A stretch of 46,671 bases of DNA from a virus. Shown piece after piece: positions 39,903 to 46,671 of this stretch. Within the stretch, counting starts at the first letter, position 1. Each line of letters starts with the position of its first letter. The stretch is from the UHGV virus genome UHGV-0040636; one strand, given 5' to 3'. The position numbers were made by a program, and so were the translations under genes. The notes beneath the pieces were generated by a model, which searched no databases, had not been told where the DNA came from, and saw only the letters and a list, made by a program, of their open reading frames with translations.

Positions 39903-40394
39903 ATGATTTCAGAGCGGGATTACATAGCAATCGCGTCAAGAGTTAAATACGACCCGATTACCGGATTGTTCATCTGGGCTGTAAGTTGCGGGAAAATATC
40001 AAAAGGTGATATTGCAAATTATCACAACGACGCAGGATACATAACACTTGGGAAGAAAAGATTAAGGGCGCACCGAGTGGCTTGGTTTATCCATTATGGA
40101 TATGTCCCTGAGCATGAAATTGATCACATAAACAATATTCGTGATGATAATAGAATTTCAAATCTGAGGGAGGCCAGTGACTGCGAGAACGCAAGGAACA
40201 CAAAGATATCTAAATCAAACACGTCTGGATATAAAGGAGTTCATTTTTGCAAGTACACGGGGAAATGGAGAGCCACGGTAAAGATGCATGGGAAAAGCTA
40301 TCATCTTGGTAGGTTTTCAGACAAAGAAGCCGCCCATAAAGCCTATTGCAAAAAAGTAGATGAACTGTTTTTGGAGTTCGCAAACCACGGCTAA
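39903..40394 (+). CDS. HNH homing endonuclease with C-terminal AP2 domain
   Basis: YITLGKKRLRAHRVAWFIHYGYVPEHEIDHINNIRDDNRISNLR is an HNH_3-type core (H...N...N). SGYKGVHFCKYTGKWRATVKMHGKSYHLGRFSDKEAAHKAY is a typical AP2 domain. Lies on the opposite strand to the flanking structural genes. Confidence 0.75.
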   Translation: MISERDYIAIASRVKYDPITGLFIWAVSCGKISKGDIANYHNDAGYITLGKKRLRAHRVAWFIHYGYVPEHEIDHINNIRDDNRISNLREASDCENARNTKISKSNTSGYKGVHFCKYTGKWRATVKMHGKSYHLGRFSDKEAAHKAYCKKVDELFLEFANHG

Positions 40395-40789
40395 ATCTTC
40401 ATTTCTTTTTTTATCACTGAATCAATGAGGCTGCGAGTTTTATCGGCAGCCTTTGTTAAGAATCTAGGTTCAGCATTCGGCGACCAGTATGTGCTATTGC
40501 CGTTGCTGCGCGGTTTCCCTGCAAGTTTTCCGCTGGCATTGTGGACGTACAGCGCATATTTCGCAGAGTAGCCAACCTTGCCAGTGATTCGAGTTCCGCT
40601 AACTTCCACAGTATCAAACTGACTGTTAATCAGCGTCGATGTATCAATCGGCGTCAACGTGGCTGATTCGGTGCGGATGATGTATGTCGCTGACTTCATA
40701 GCGCGCACCGCTTTCGTGGCGATTATCTCATCCACAATTTGCGAAGTTCTCTCTACGGCCTGCCTGACGCCTCTTAATTTCGCTGGCAT
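40391..40789 (-). CDS. HK97 gp10-like head-tail joining protein
   Basis: TLTPIDTSTLINSQF...YALYVHNA resembles the PVDTGALR...YA.YVEFG signature of the HK97 gp10 family. Confidence 0.5.
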   Translation of the reverse strand: MPAKLRGVRQAVERTSQIVDEIIATKAVRAMKSATYIIRTESATLTPIDTSTLINSQFDTVEVSGTRITGKVGYSAKYALYVHNASGKLAGKPRSNGNSTYWSPNAEPRFLTKAADKTRSLIDSVIKKEMKI

Positions 40790-41130
40790 TATGTCACCAG
40801 TGCGAAATCAGGCGGCTCAGCACGATTGAACGTGTTGCCATAATTAATCACATTCAGAATCTGGTTTGCGCCAGCCGCCAGCGGGTCAGCTTCTGTCACC
40901 GTTCCAGTCATGATGTAATCACCAACCTTCGCGCCAGTGTATTCTGTCCAGAAAGTATTCTTCTGCACAATCTCATTGCCTTTCGCATCAGTCGATACAT
41001 CATCGTTAAAGCCGTAATCACACATGATGCTTACTGGTGCATCAAAAGTCGGCTTTCCGTACTTGTCAGTGCCGCTTTTGTGCCAGATTGTGCATGGTTG
41101 CGTGTAGCTCCAGTTAGCCAGCGAAGTCAT
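40789..41130 (-). CDS. head-tail adaptor / head closure protein (putative)
   Basis: 113 aa. ATGA coupling on both sides, within the connector gene block. Confidence 0.4.
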   Translation of the reverse strand: MTSLANWSYTQPCTIWHKSGTDKYGKPTFDAPVSIMCDYGFNDDVSTDAKGNEIVQKNTFWTEYTGAKVGDYIMTGTVTEADPLAAGANQILNVINYGNTFNRAEPPDFALVT

Positions 41131-41519
41131 TTACATTTACCCCCTCGTACAACCGCAAACCACGGCTTACCGCTTCCGTCAGGGTCTTCCACTAAATCGC
41201 CAGTGCATCCCGCTGTATCCAGTAGTTTCATCTGATTGTACAGCGCCACCCACGGCTTGCTGCCATACGCGAATGATTGTGATGCGCCAGATGGTGCGCT
41301 TTGACTGGTAACGTAGCGACCAGCGGTATTTGCGCTAATCAGGATGGAAGCCCACAGCATGATCGCATTTTGTCGGCATTCATCGTTTGGATAGTTAAGT
41401 TCAAGGCATTCACTGATTGATGCCACAAGGCACAGAATACCGGACGCATCCGTTGTGGTAATAGTCATTCCACGGGATGCCATCTGGCTTACTAATTCTT
41501 CAGGTGTTGGTGCTGCCAT
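41127..41519 (-). CDS. head-tail connector protein (gp6-like, putative)
   Basis: Start refined to ATG 41519 (MAAPTPEEL). Position in the connector block. Confidence 0.4.
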   Translation of the reverse strand: MAAPTPEELVSQMASRGMTITTTDASGILCLVASISECLELNYPNDECRQNAIMLWASILISANTAGRYVTSQSAPSGASQSFAYGSKPWVALYNQMKLLDTAGCTGDLVEDPDGSGKPWFAVVRGGKCK

Positions 41520-41784
41520 TTTTTTTCGACTCCCGTACCTTCCACCACATTTCAAAGAGGTTTTTTATTACCAGAGACAGAGCGCCGAGAATTGACGCTA
41601 CTGCCGCCCACTCTGTCAGGCTGTGTGGAATCATAGCCTCAAAATAAGATTGCGTGACAGGTGTTTGCTCTGCGACTTTCAGGCCGATGCCAGTGCCAAT
41701 AGAAGCATATCCAGCCTTATCAATCACCTGCCCTGCCGTTCCGCTTATAATCTGCTCTGCGACTTGCCTTAGTGCTCCGTTCAT
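41500..41784 (-). CDS. hypothetical protein with C-terminal TM segment (94 aa)
   Basis: WAAVASILGALSLVIKNLFEMWW hydrophobic helix. Overlaps the connector gene start. Confidence 0.4.
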   Translation of the reverse strand: MNGALRQVAEQIISGTAGQVIDKAGYASIGTGIGLKVAEQTPVTQSYFEAMIPHSLTEWAAVASILGALSLVIKNLFEMWWKVRESKKNGSTNT

Positions 41785-41816
41785 TGCGTGTCTCGCTGAT
41801 GATATGTTTCCAGCAC

Positions 41817-42257
41817 TTATAGATTTGAATCAGCGAAAAAACAATGGCGACCACGCCAAGAATAATGTCCAATTTCGCCGCCCCATTTAAAAGTGATGGA
41901 AAGGATGAACAGATGGATGCCGATAATAATAAATGCGTACTGCGCATGAAGCGGCGTTTCTACAGGCGTGATAAATTCCCATACGAATGACTCTATCGCA
42001 ACCAGCCATTCGTAAAGGCTCATCGTCAGCACGCAGAGCGCCATCTTTGTACTTTTGCGCAGTGCAATAGCCGGAAACAACCAGACCATAGACTGCGCAA
42101 GGTAATACAGATATTCGGCGGGAAATGAATCAACAAGCACCCATCCAAGATACACAGACATCACCATTGCCGGAATGAACACCAGAAACGCGACCATGCC
42201 AGTGCAGGCGAAACCCAGCACATACATGATCATGATGGCAACGTCTGCGCCGAACAT
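41817..42257 (-). CDS. polytopic inner-membrane protein (146 aa, 4-5 TM)
   Basis: Very hydrophobic throughout. TAATG junction with the upstream basic peptide gene. Confidence 0.45.
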   Translation of the reverse strand: MFGADVAIMIMYVLGFACTGMVAFLVFIPAMVMSVYLGWVLVDSFPAEYLYYLAQSMVWLFPAIALRKSTKMALCVLTMSLYEWLVAIESFVWEFITPVETPLHAQYAFIIIGIHLFILSITFKWGGEIGHYSWRGRHCFFADSNL

Positions 42258-42258
42258 T

Positions 42259-42377
42259 ATTTCTTACCGCGCGATGGTGAGCGGGTGGAACCGTTTGGCT
42301 TCACTGCGCCGGTTTTGCCGCCAGTTTTGGTGTTGCCAGTGGCGCGCGAACGAGAAGGCGAATTGGTTGAACCCATG
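42259..42377 (-). CDS. highly basic S/T/G/K/R-rich peptide (39 aa)
   Basis: AGGAG RBS 8 nt upstream of ATG 42377. MGSTNSPSRSRATGNTKTGGKTGAVKPNGSTRSPSRGKK. Below the ORF-track cutoff. Confidence 0.4.
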
Positions 42378-42423
42378 TTTAAATCTCCTGTTGTTTGATT
42401 AGCATGATTTTAGCATATTCCTG

Positions 42424-42467
42424 TTGACGTAGATTGGTGCGGCGTTTATAGTTAGTGACGTAGAAAC
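42424..42467 (+). promoter_or_regulatory. rightward promoter: TTGACGTAGATTG ... TATAGT ... GTGACGTAGAAAC
   Basis: TTGACG 42424..42429, N17, TATAGT 42447..42452. Second element copy at 42455..42467. Precedes the plus-strand unit starting at 42494. Confidence 0.55.
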
Positions 42468-42493
42468 AACAATAAATGTTAGAGGTGATGAGA

Positions 42494-42754
42494 ATGTTTG
42501 ATGTTGATAACCCAAGTGATGACAAAGCCAAGTTGATTGATGCGGTCGCTTGCAGCTTTGCTTCTTGCCAGACTGAAGGTGAATATCAGGTTGTGAAAAT
42601 GTGCATTGTTGAGTTCTTCTCGGCAATCAACATTCCTGATGATGAGGCGGTTTATATTCTGCTTTGTGCTGCTGGGAGTTGCACTGAGGCTGACGAGTGC
42701 ATTGATGAACTGGTTGAGGAGTTTGGCGGAATTTTTCAGGGTGGTGAGGAATAA
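42494..42754 (+). CDS. hypothetical acidic Cys-rich protein (86 aa)
   Basis: GAGGTG RBS 8 nt upstream. Confidence 0.45.
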   Translation: MFDVDNPSDDKAKLIDAVACSFASCQTEGEYQVVKMCIVEFFSAINIPDDEAVYILLCAAGSCTEADECIDELVEEFGGIFQGGEE

Positions 42755-42756
42755 TT

Positions 42757-42948
42757 ATGGCAAACATGTACTACTGCATGTTCCGCAATACCGTGATTGA
42801 TTTCCGTGATTGTGTTGATGCAATCAGCAATGCTGGCTCTATTGATGACTTCAGTGACCCAGAACGCCACGCTGCTGAATTAATGTATCATCTGGCCAAT
42901 GCATACATTGCAAACTATGAACTTTTATTAGAAGAAAGCGGCGAATGA
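42757..42948 (+). CDS. hypothetical protein (63 aa)
   Basis: Tightly packed. GGTGAGGAATAATTATGG context. Confidence 0.4.
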   Translation: MANMYYCMFRNTVIDFRDCVDAISNAGSIDDFSDPERHAAELMYHLANAYIANYELLLEESGE

Positions 42949-42949
42949 T

Positions 42950-43138
42950 ATGAAAGATGAATTTATTGATTATGACGTTAAGCGCCAAGAAATGGCTTCT
43001 GATGCAACGCTGCGTGATTACTTTGCCGCAAAAGCAATGCAATCTCTATTAATTACATCACCAAATATGGGTTATGGCGAGAAGGCTGAGCATGCTTACC
43101 TTATCGCAGAAAGAATGATGGAGGCGAGAATCAAATGA
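42950..43138 (+). CDS. hypothetical protein (62 aa)
   Basis: 2-nt spacing from the previous stop. ATGA coupling downstream. Confidence 0.4.
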   Translation: MKDEFIDYDVKRQEMASDATLRDYFAAKAMQSLLITSPNMGYGEKAEHAYLIAERMMEARIK

Positions 43139-43443
43139 AAGAAGAATTTAAAGGCACGAAAGGTCAGTGGACCAATCATTCTTTATTTACTGGTGAAGCG
43201 CGTACATCAATTTGGTCTGGTGATATTTATGTAGCAGAAGTAATGAGTGTTAGGGAGTCTGAATCGGTGAAGAAGGCTAACTCAAATATTATCGCATCGG
43301 CACCAGAACTTCTTGAGGCACTTCGCCAGCTTCGCGATTACGTTGAGGATGTTTGCGCAGTATCGCCTGATGATTGCCATGAAGACCATCCATTAAATCT
43401 GGCAAACAAAGCAATCAAGAAAGCATTAGGGAAGAAACAATGA
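43135..43443 (+). CDS. hypothetical protein (102 aa)
   Basis: ATGA coupling on both sides. Confidence 0.45.
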   Translation: MKEEFKGTKGQWTNHSLFTGEARTSIWSGDIYVAEVMSVRESESVKKANSNIIASAPELLEALRQLRDYVEDVCAVSPDDCHEDHPLNLANKAIKKALGKKQ

Positions 43444-44249
43444 AAACACTAAGCAAAATCTATTCAGACAAAGAAACGCGCAATGGCATCGCTGTTAATA
43501 AAACATATCTCGTGCCAGTTGAGCAAATCTATCTTGAGCCGGGATACAACATCCGTGAAGCAGATGAGCAGCATGTTGAGTATTTCGCGCAGTGCTGGGA
43601 ATCAGGTCAGCCATTACCAGCATTAACAGTTATTCCAGACGAGAAGGGGATCCGCATTCTTGATGGTCAGCATCGCTATCTCGGTGCATTGCGTGCCATT
43701 GAGCGTGGTGCGCCAATCGTTCGCATTGAGTGCAAGGACTTCACTGGCGACGAGGCTGATAAAATCGCCTTCATGGTGTCATCCAGTCAGGGTAAGCAGC
43801 TTGACCCGTTTGAGCGCGCGAAGGCTTACACGCGGCTGAAAGGATTTGGCTGGACCAACGAGGAAATAGCCAAGAAGGTCGGTCGTTCAGTATCTGACGT
43901 GCAGATGCACCTGTCGTTGGGTGATGTTCCAGCGGAAGTAAAAGCACGCATCAGTGCCGGGCAAATCAGCTATGCAAACGCCGTAGCAGTAACCCGTGAG
44001 CATGGTGACGATGCGGTTAAAGTTATCGACGAGGCAGTGAAAGAAGCCAAAGCTCAAGGCAAGGATAAGGTCACGGCGAAGGTGCTGAAGTCGAAAAAGG
44101 TTAAGCCAGTAGACCGCCTGATTGAGTTACTGAAGCAGGCCGATCATGTGATTCTTCCAGCTGGTCATGAGTTGAAGGAGGATGAGGAATTTATCCAGAT
44201 TCCTGTCGCTGATATTCATGAGGTTATGGCAATTCTGGAGAAGATGTGA
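43440..44249 (+). CDS. ParB-like nuclease-domain protein with HTH (ParB/KorB/Srx superfamily)
   Basis: IRILDGQHRYLGAL carries the GxxR box of the ParB N-terminal domain. NEEIAKKVGRSVSDVQMHLSL is an HTH-like segment. Lys-rich C-terminus. Confidence 0.6.
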   Translation: MKTLSKIYSDKETRNGIAVNKTYLVPVEQIYLEPGYNIREADEQHVEYFAQCWESGQPLPALTVIPDEKGIRILDGQHRYLGALRAIERGAPIVRIECKDFTGDEADKIAFMVSSSQGKQLDPFERAKAYTRLKGFGWTNEEIAKKVGRSVSDVQMHLSLGDVPAEVKARISAGQISYANAVAVTREHGDDAVKVIDEAVKEAKAQGKDKVTAKVLKSKKVKPVDRLIELLKQADHVILPAGHELKEDEEFIQIPVADIHEVMAILEKM

Positions 44250-44440
44250 TGAGTAAGTATGAAGAGTTGGACTTGAAGATATTGCAAATGCTTTCTGTTA
44301 AGCCAACTCCTGTTTTTGATATATGGCTTAAGTTTCGTGATGATGTTAGAAACATTACGGTTATTGATCGGAGGATGCAGGTACTGAAAAAGAAAGGTTT
44401 TGTGTGCAACGTTCGAGGATGTGGCTGGATTAAGCTATGA
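44246..44440 (+). CDS. hypothetical protein (64 aa), possible winged-helix
   Basis: ATGA coupling on both sides. Confidence 0.4.
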   Translation: MMSKYEELDLKILQMLSVKPTPVFDIWLKFRDDVRNITVIDRRMQVLKKKGFVCNVRGCGWIKL

Positions 44441-44610
44441 CACCAGAACAATTCATCGAAAAACAACTACGCACCAAGTTACCTGAAATCGACCAGATGG
44501 CAATTGATGCGGCGATTCAGTATTACAAGCGCAATCAGAGCGCAAAGAAGGGTGGCATTTTTGAAGATTGCCTGAAGGTTGCAAAACAACACATGATTAA
44601 GGTGAAGTGA
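44437..44610 (+). CDS. hypothetical protein (57 aa)
   Basis: MTPEQFIEKQLRTKLPEIDQMAIDAAIQYYKRNQSAKKGGIFEDCLKVAKQHMIKVK. Coupled at both ends. Below the ORF-track cutoff. Confidence 0.35.
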   Translation: MTPEQFIEKQLRTKLPEIDQMAIDAAIQYYKRNQSAKKGGIFEDCLKVAKQHMIKVK

Positions 44611-45146
44611 TGAAACTAAAAATCAGCAAATTATTACTTGAATCAGCGTTAATCTTTCAGGCACGCAATGATGTGCGATATTACCTGAACGGTATCTGCT
44701 TTATGCCTGATGGTCGTATTGCCTCAACTGACGGTCATCGTGCATTTATTGGCGGCAGCCATGACAACGAACTTGCTGAAAATGTGATTGTAAAGGTCAG
44801 CAAGTCTCCGACAAAACGCTATGACTACGCCATCATTGATACCAAGTCGAAAATTGCAACGTATCATGATGAAGCTGGAGCGATGGTTGGCGCTGGTATC
44901 TGCGAAAAGATTGATGTTCGATTCCCTGATATTGATCGCGTGATACCAAAGGAAACGAAAGCAGCAGAGGAAATTGGCTTCAATGCTGGCTACCTTGTTG
45001 ATATCGAGAAAGCTGCGAAGCTGTTTAATCCTAAATTCCGTGGTGTCAAATTTGAACTGAATGGAAATACAAATGCCGCAGTTTGCTGTCTTAGTGCGCC
45101 AACTGGAGAGACTGCGAAGATTGTTGTTATGCCGATGCGCCTGTAG
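44610..45146 (+). CDS. sliding-clamp-like (DnaN-domain-like) protein, short form (178 aa)
   Basis: LNGICFMPDGRIASTDGHRAFI resembles the L.G..........ATDGHRLA strand at a beta-clamp domain start, as recalled. Roughly one and a half domains long. Tentative. Confidence 0.35.
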   Translation: MKLKISKLLLESALIFQARNDVRYYLNGICFMPDGRIASTDGHRAFIGGSHDNELAENVIVKVSKSPTKRYDYAIIDTKSKIATYHDEAGAMVGAGICEKIDVRFPDIDRVIPKETKAAEEIGFNAGYLVDIEKAAKLFNPKFRGVKFELNGNTNAAVCCLSAPTGETAKIVVMPMRL

Positions 45147-45151
45147 CAATA

Positions 45152-45180
45152 AAAAGCCCCGCGAAGGGGCTTTTCTTTTA
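45152..45180. terminator. bidirectional rho-independent terminator
   Basis: AAGCCCC-GCGAA-GGGGCTT followed by TTTCTTTTA, between convergent units. Confidence 0.7.
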
Positions 45181-46029
45181 TCACGCCAGATAAGTATCAT
45201 CCTCAAACCACGAGACATACGCATTTATATTCTGCACCGCAGTATCCAGTGATGTTATGCGAAGCAAATACGTCGTATTTGGTGCCATGATAATCTGCTC
45301 GCCGAGTTTCGCCTGCGAGTTACCCTGACCCTGATTCGATGCGTTGCCCTCACTGTACGTCGCCGCCACCGTCAGCTGCCCGATGTTTGTCACGGTAGCG
45401 CCAGTAAGTAACTGCGCAGTAGCTGCCTGCGGCGTTATGTCGTTGGGATTATTAATCTCCGCAGCAGTGCCGCCAGTGGCTACAGCTCCACGGTAGATTG
45501 ACGCAATGACACCTTTCCCCGTGTAACCAATAATGCGCTGGTTGAATATCACCTGCTTTGTCCCGGTGATAAAGATGCTGTCAAGGTTTGAGCTGCCAGC
45601 AACATCAGTTACTCTACGCGACGCGGTGAACAGCTTGCCTTGCTTATTGGCGCGTTCAATATATGACTGTGTGGTAATGTCGCTTAATGCCACATCAGGC
45701 TGAAGGTTTACTACCGGTTGCGGAGACACGCCAGCGCGCCACACCGAAACGCGCAGCGAACTTGCCGCTTCTGGCAATTCCGTTTTTATTATCTTCAGGC
45801 GCAGCGCTACGCCGTAATAATTATTATTGTTGACGTCAATCCAGTAGTTGCCAGATTCAAATGGCGACACCTTCACGGACACGGTTCCGCTCACCAACGG
45901 AGTGTACGCACCAGATGAATCAAGCGGCATCACGTTAACCTGTAGCGCCGTCCAGTCAGCAGACATCAGCTCATCAAGCATCACCTCGCCATCTTCGCGC
46001 GAGGTGAATATGTCGTATCTTACAGCCAT
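45181..46029 (-). CDS. putative virion structural protein (beta-rich, S/T/G/N-rich; fibre or decoration candidate)
   Basis: Start ATG 46029 (MAVRYDIF). If the window is circular it ends the leftward head operon after the capsid gene. No family recognised. Confidence 0.4.
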   Translation of the reverse strand: MAVRYDIFTSREDGEVMLDELMSADWTALQVNVMPLDSSGAYTPLVSGTVSVKVSPFESGNYWIDVNNNNYYGVALRLKIIKTELPEAASSLRVSVWRAGVSPQPVVNLQPDVALSDITTQSYIERANKQGKLFTASRRVTDVAGSSNLDSIFITGTKQVIFNQRIIGYTGKGVIASIYRGAVATGGTAAEINNPNDITPQAATAQLLTGATVTNIGQLTVAATYSEGNASNQGQGNSQAKLGEQIIMAPNTTYLLRITSLDTAVQNINAYVSWFEDDTYLA

Positions 46030-46044
46030 AGAAACCCCCAATAA

Positions 46045-46075
46045 AGAACCCGCATAAATGCGGGTTCAGTTTACT
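46045..46075. terminator. intra-operon hairpin (attenuator / RNA stability element)
   Basis: GAACCCGC-ATAAAT-GCGGGTTC with modest U-tracts on both strands. Confidence 0.4.
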
Positions 46076-46268
46076 CTGCTTTCTTTTTCTTTGCCGTCTT
46101 TTGTTGTGGGGTTGCGACTTCGAAAGACTTTTCCAGTTCTGGCATAACGCGCAGCTTTGACATCAGATGCTCAGCAGGTTCCGTGATAACCTCGCCAAGC
46201 TGCAATTCACGAATCTTGCCTTTCTCTTTAACAAAGATTCCACGAGCGATCACTTCGTACTTAGCCAT
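46071..46268 (-). CDS. hypothetical protein (65 aa), Lys-rich C-terminus
   Basis: Coupled to the upstream gene with an 8-nt overlap. Confidence 0.4.
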   Translation of the reverse strand: MAKYEVIARGIFVKEKGKIRELQLGEVITEPAEHLMSKLRVMPELEKSFEVATPQQKTAKKKKAE

Positions 46269-46635
46269 TATTCACCTCCGAAAGACGCTGTTTAAGTAGG
46301 TATCCTTCCAGCATCCAAATTTTGTTAACCGCATTTTCGCGCGCAATCTTGCGACCAATTTCAGCATCGAAATTCTCAGGGCTGGCACATGCGCTTTCAC
46401 CTGTGACGGTGAAGCCATTTTTCAACACCAAAACACAAAAGGTAAGAAATTCAATTTCTCTATGGGGGCCAACGAGTCTGGTTATCTCATCCTGCTTGTG
46501 CATCGACTGCTGTACGCCGTCTGCCGCCGTAAAATAATACTCACCAGCAATGAGTGACTGAATATGCTGTGGAGTGATGCGTGGCGCTGTTAATCCTTTA
46601 TCTTGGATTTCCTGCTCAATGTCTTTATTGCTCAT
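46261..46635 (-). CDS. Gp49-like (Phage_gp49_66 family) protein
   Basis: ITPQHIQSLIAGEYYFTAADG near the N-terminus matches the family signature as recalled (N15 gp49 type). 124 aa. Confidence 0.45.
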   Translation of the reverse strand: MSNKDIEQEIQDKGLTAPRITPQHIQSLIAGEYYFTAADGVQQSMHKQDEITRLVGPHREIEFLTFCVLVLKNGFTVTGESACASPENFDAEIGRKIARENAVNKIWMLEGYLLKQRLSEVNNG

Positions 46636-46671
46636 GGGGGCCTCTAATGGTTATAAAGGGGCTTTCGCCCC

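Overview
The window reads as a complete or near-complete ~46.7 kb genome of a tailed dsDNA phage of an enterobacterial host (siphovirus-like). Most genes are tightly packed and translationally coupled; the lytic enzyme resembles lambda R; and every unit ends in a GC hairpin with a T-run. The two ends of the window fit together as hairpin plus T9, which suggests circular permutation. No integrase, CI-like repressor or att site is visible, so the phage appears virulent. On the minus strand the modules are head (capsid 10..1080, decorator, scaffold), early or anti-defence small ORFs including a Lar-like restriction-alleviation gene, a lysis cassette (R-like lysozyme, holin, Rz with embedded Rz1), head morphogenesis, portal, an accessory island, TerL/TerS, and many tiny hydrophobic ORFs. 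On the plus strand they are replication and recombination: iteron/AT-rich ori, P-loop replication protein, DUF3850, SF2 helicase with Zn-ribbons, VRR-NUC, RecB-like exonuclease, ERF, SSB, and a zinc-ribbon/TOPRIM primase on the opposite strand. A minus-strand tail module follows: tailspike with pectate-lyase-like beta-helix, J-like tip protein, NlpC/P60 K-like, L/M-like minor tail proteins, tape measure, chaperone, major tail protein with Ig-like C-terminus. It is interrupted by a plus-strand moron (superinfection-immunity-like, NinX/DUF2591, DUF551) and a free-standing HNH-AP2 homing endonuclease. A plus-strand cluster carries a ParB-like protein and a clamp-like protein. The most notable findings are listed here. 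(1) An 18-copy 13-nt element (consensus YTGAYGTAGATTG, variant TGACGTAGAAAC) lies at essentially every transcription-unit start, always oriented with the downstream genes. (2) An iteron-flanked AT-rich putative origin. (3) A ~2 kb accessory island between TerL and portal with a stand-alone 194-aa moron. (4) A ~460-nt promoter-to-terminator non-coding unit in the tail module. All functional calls rest on remembered family signatures and were not checked against any database.
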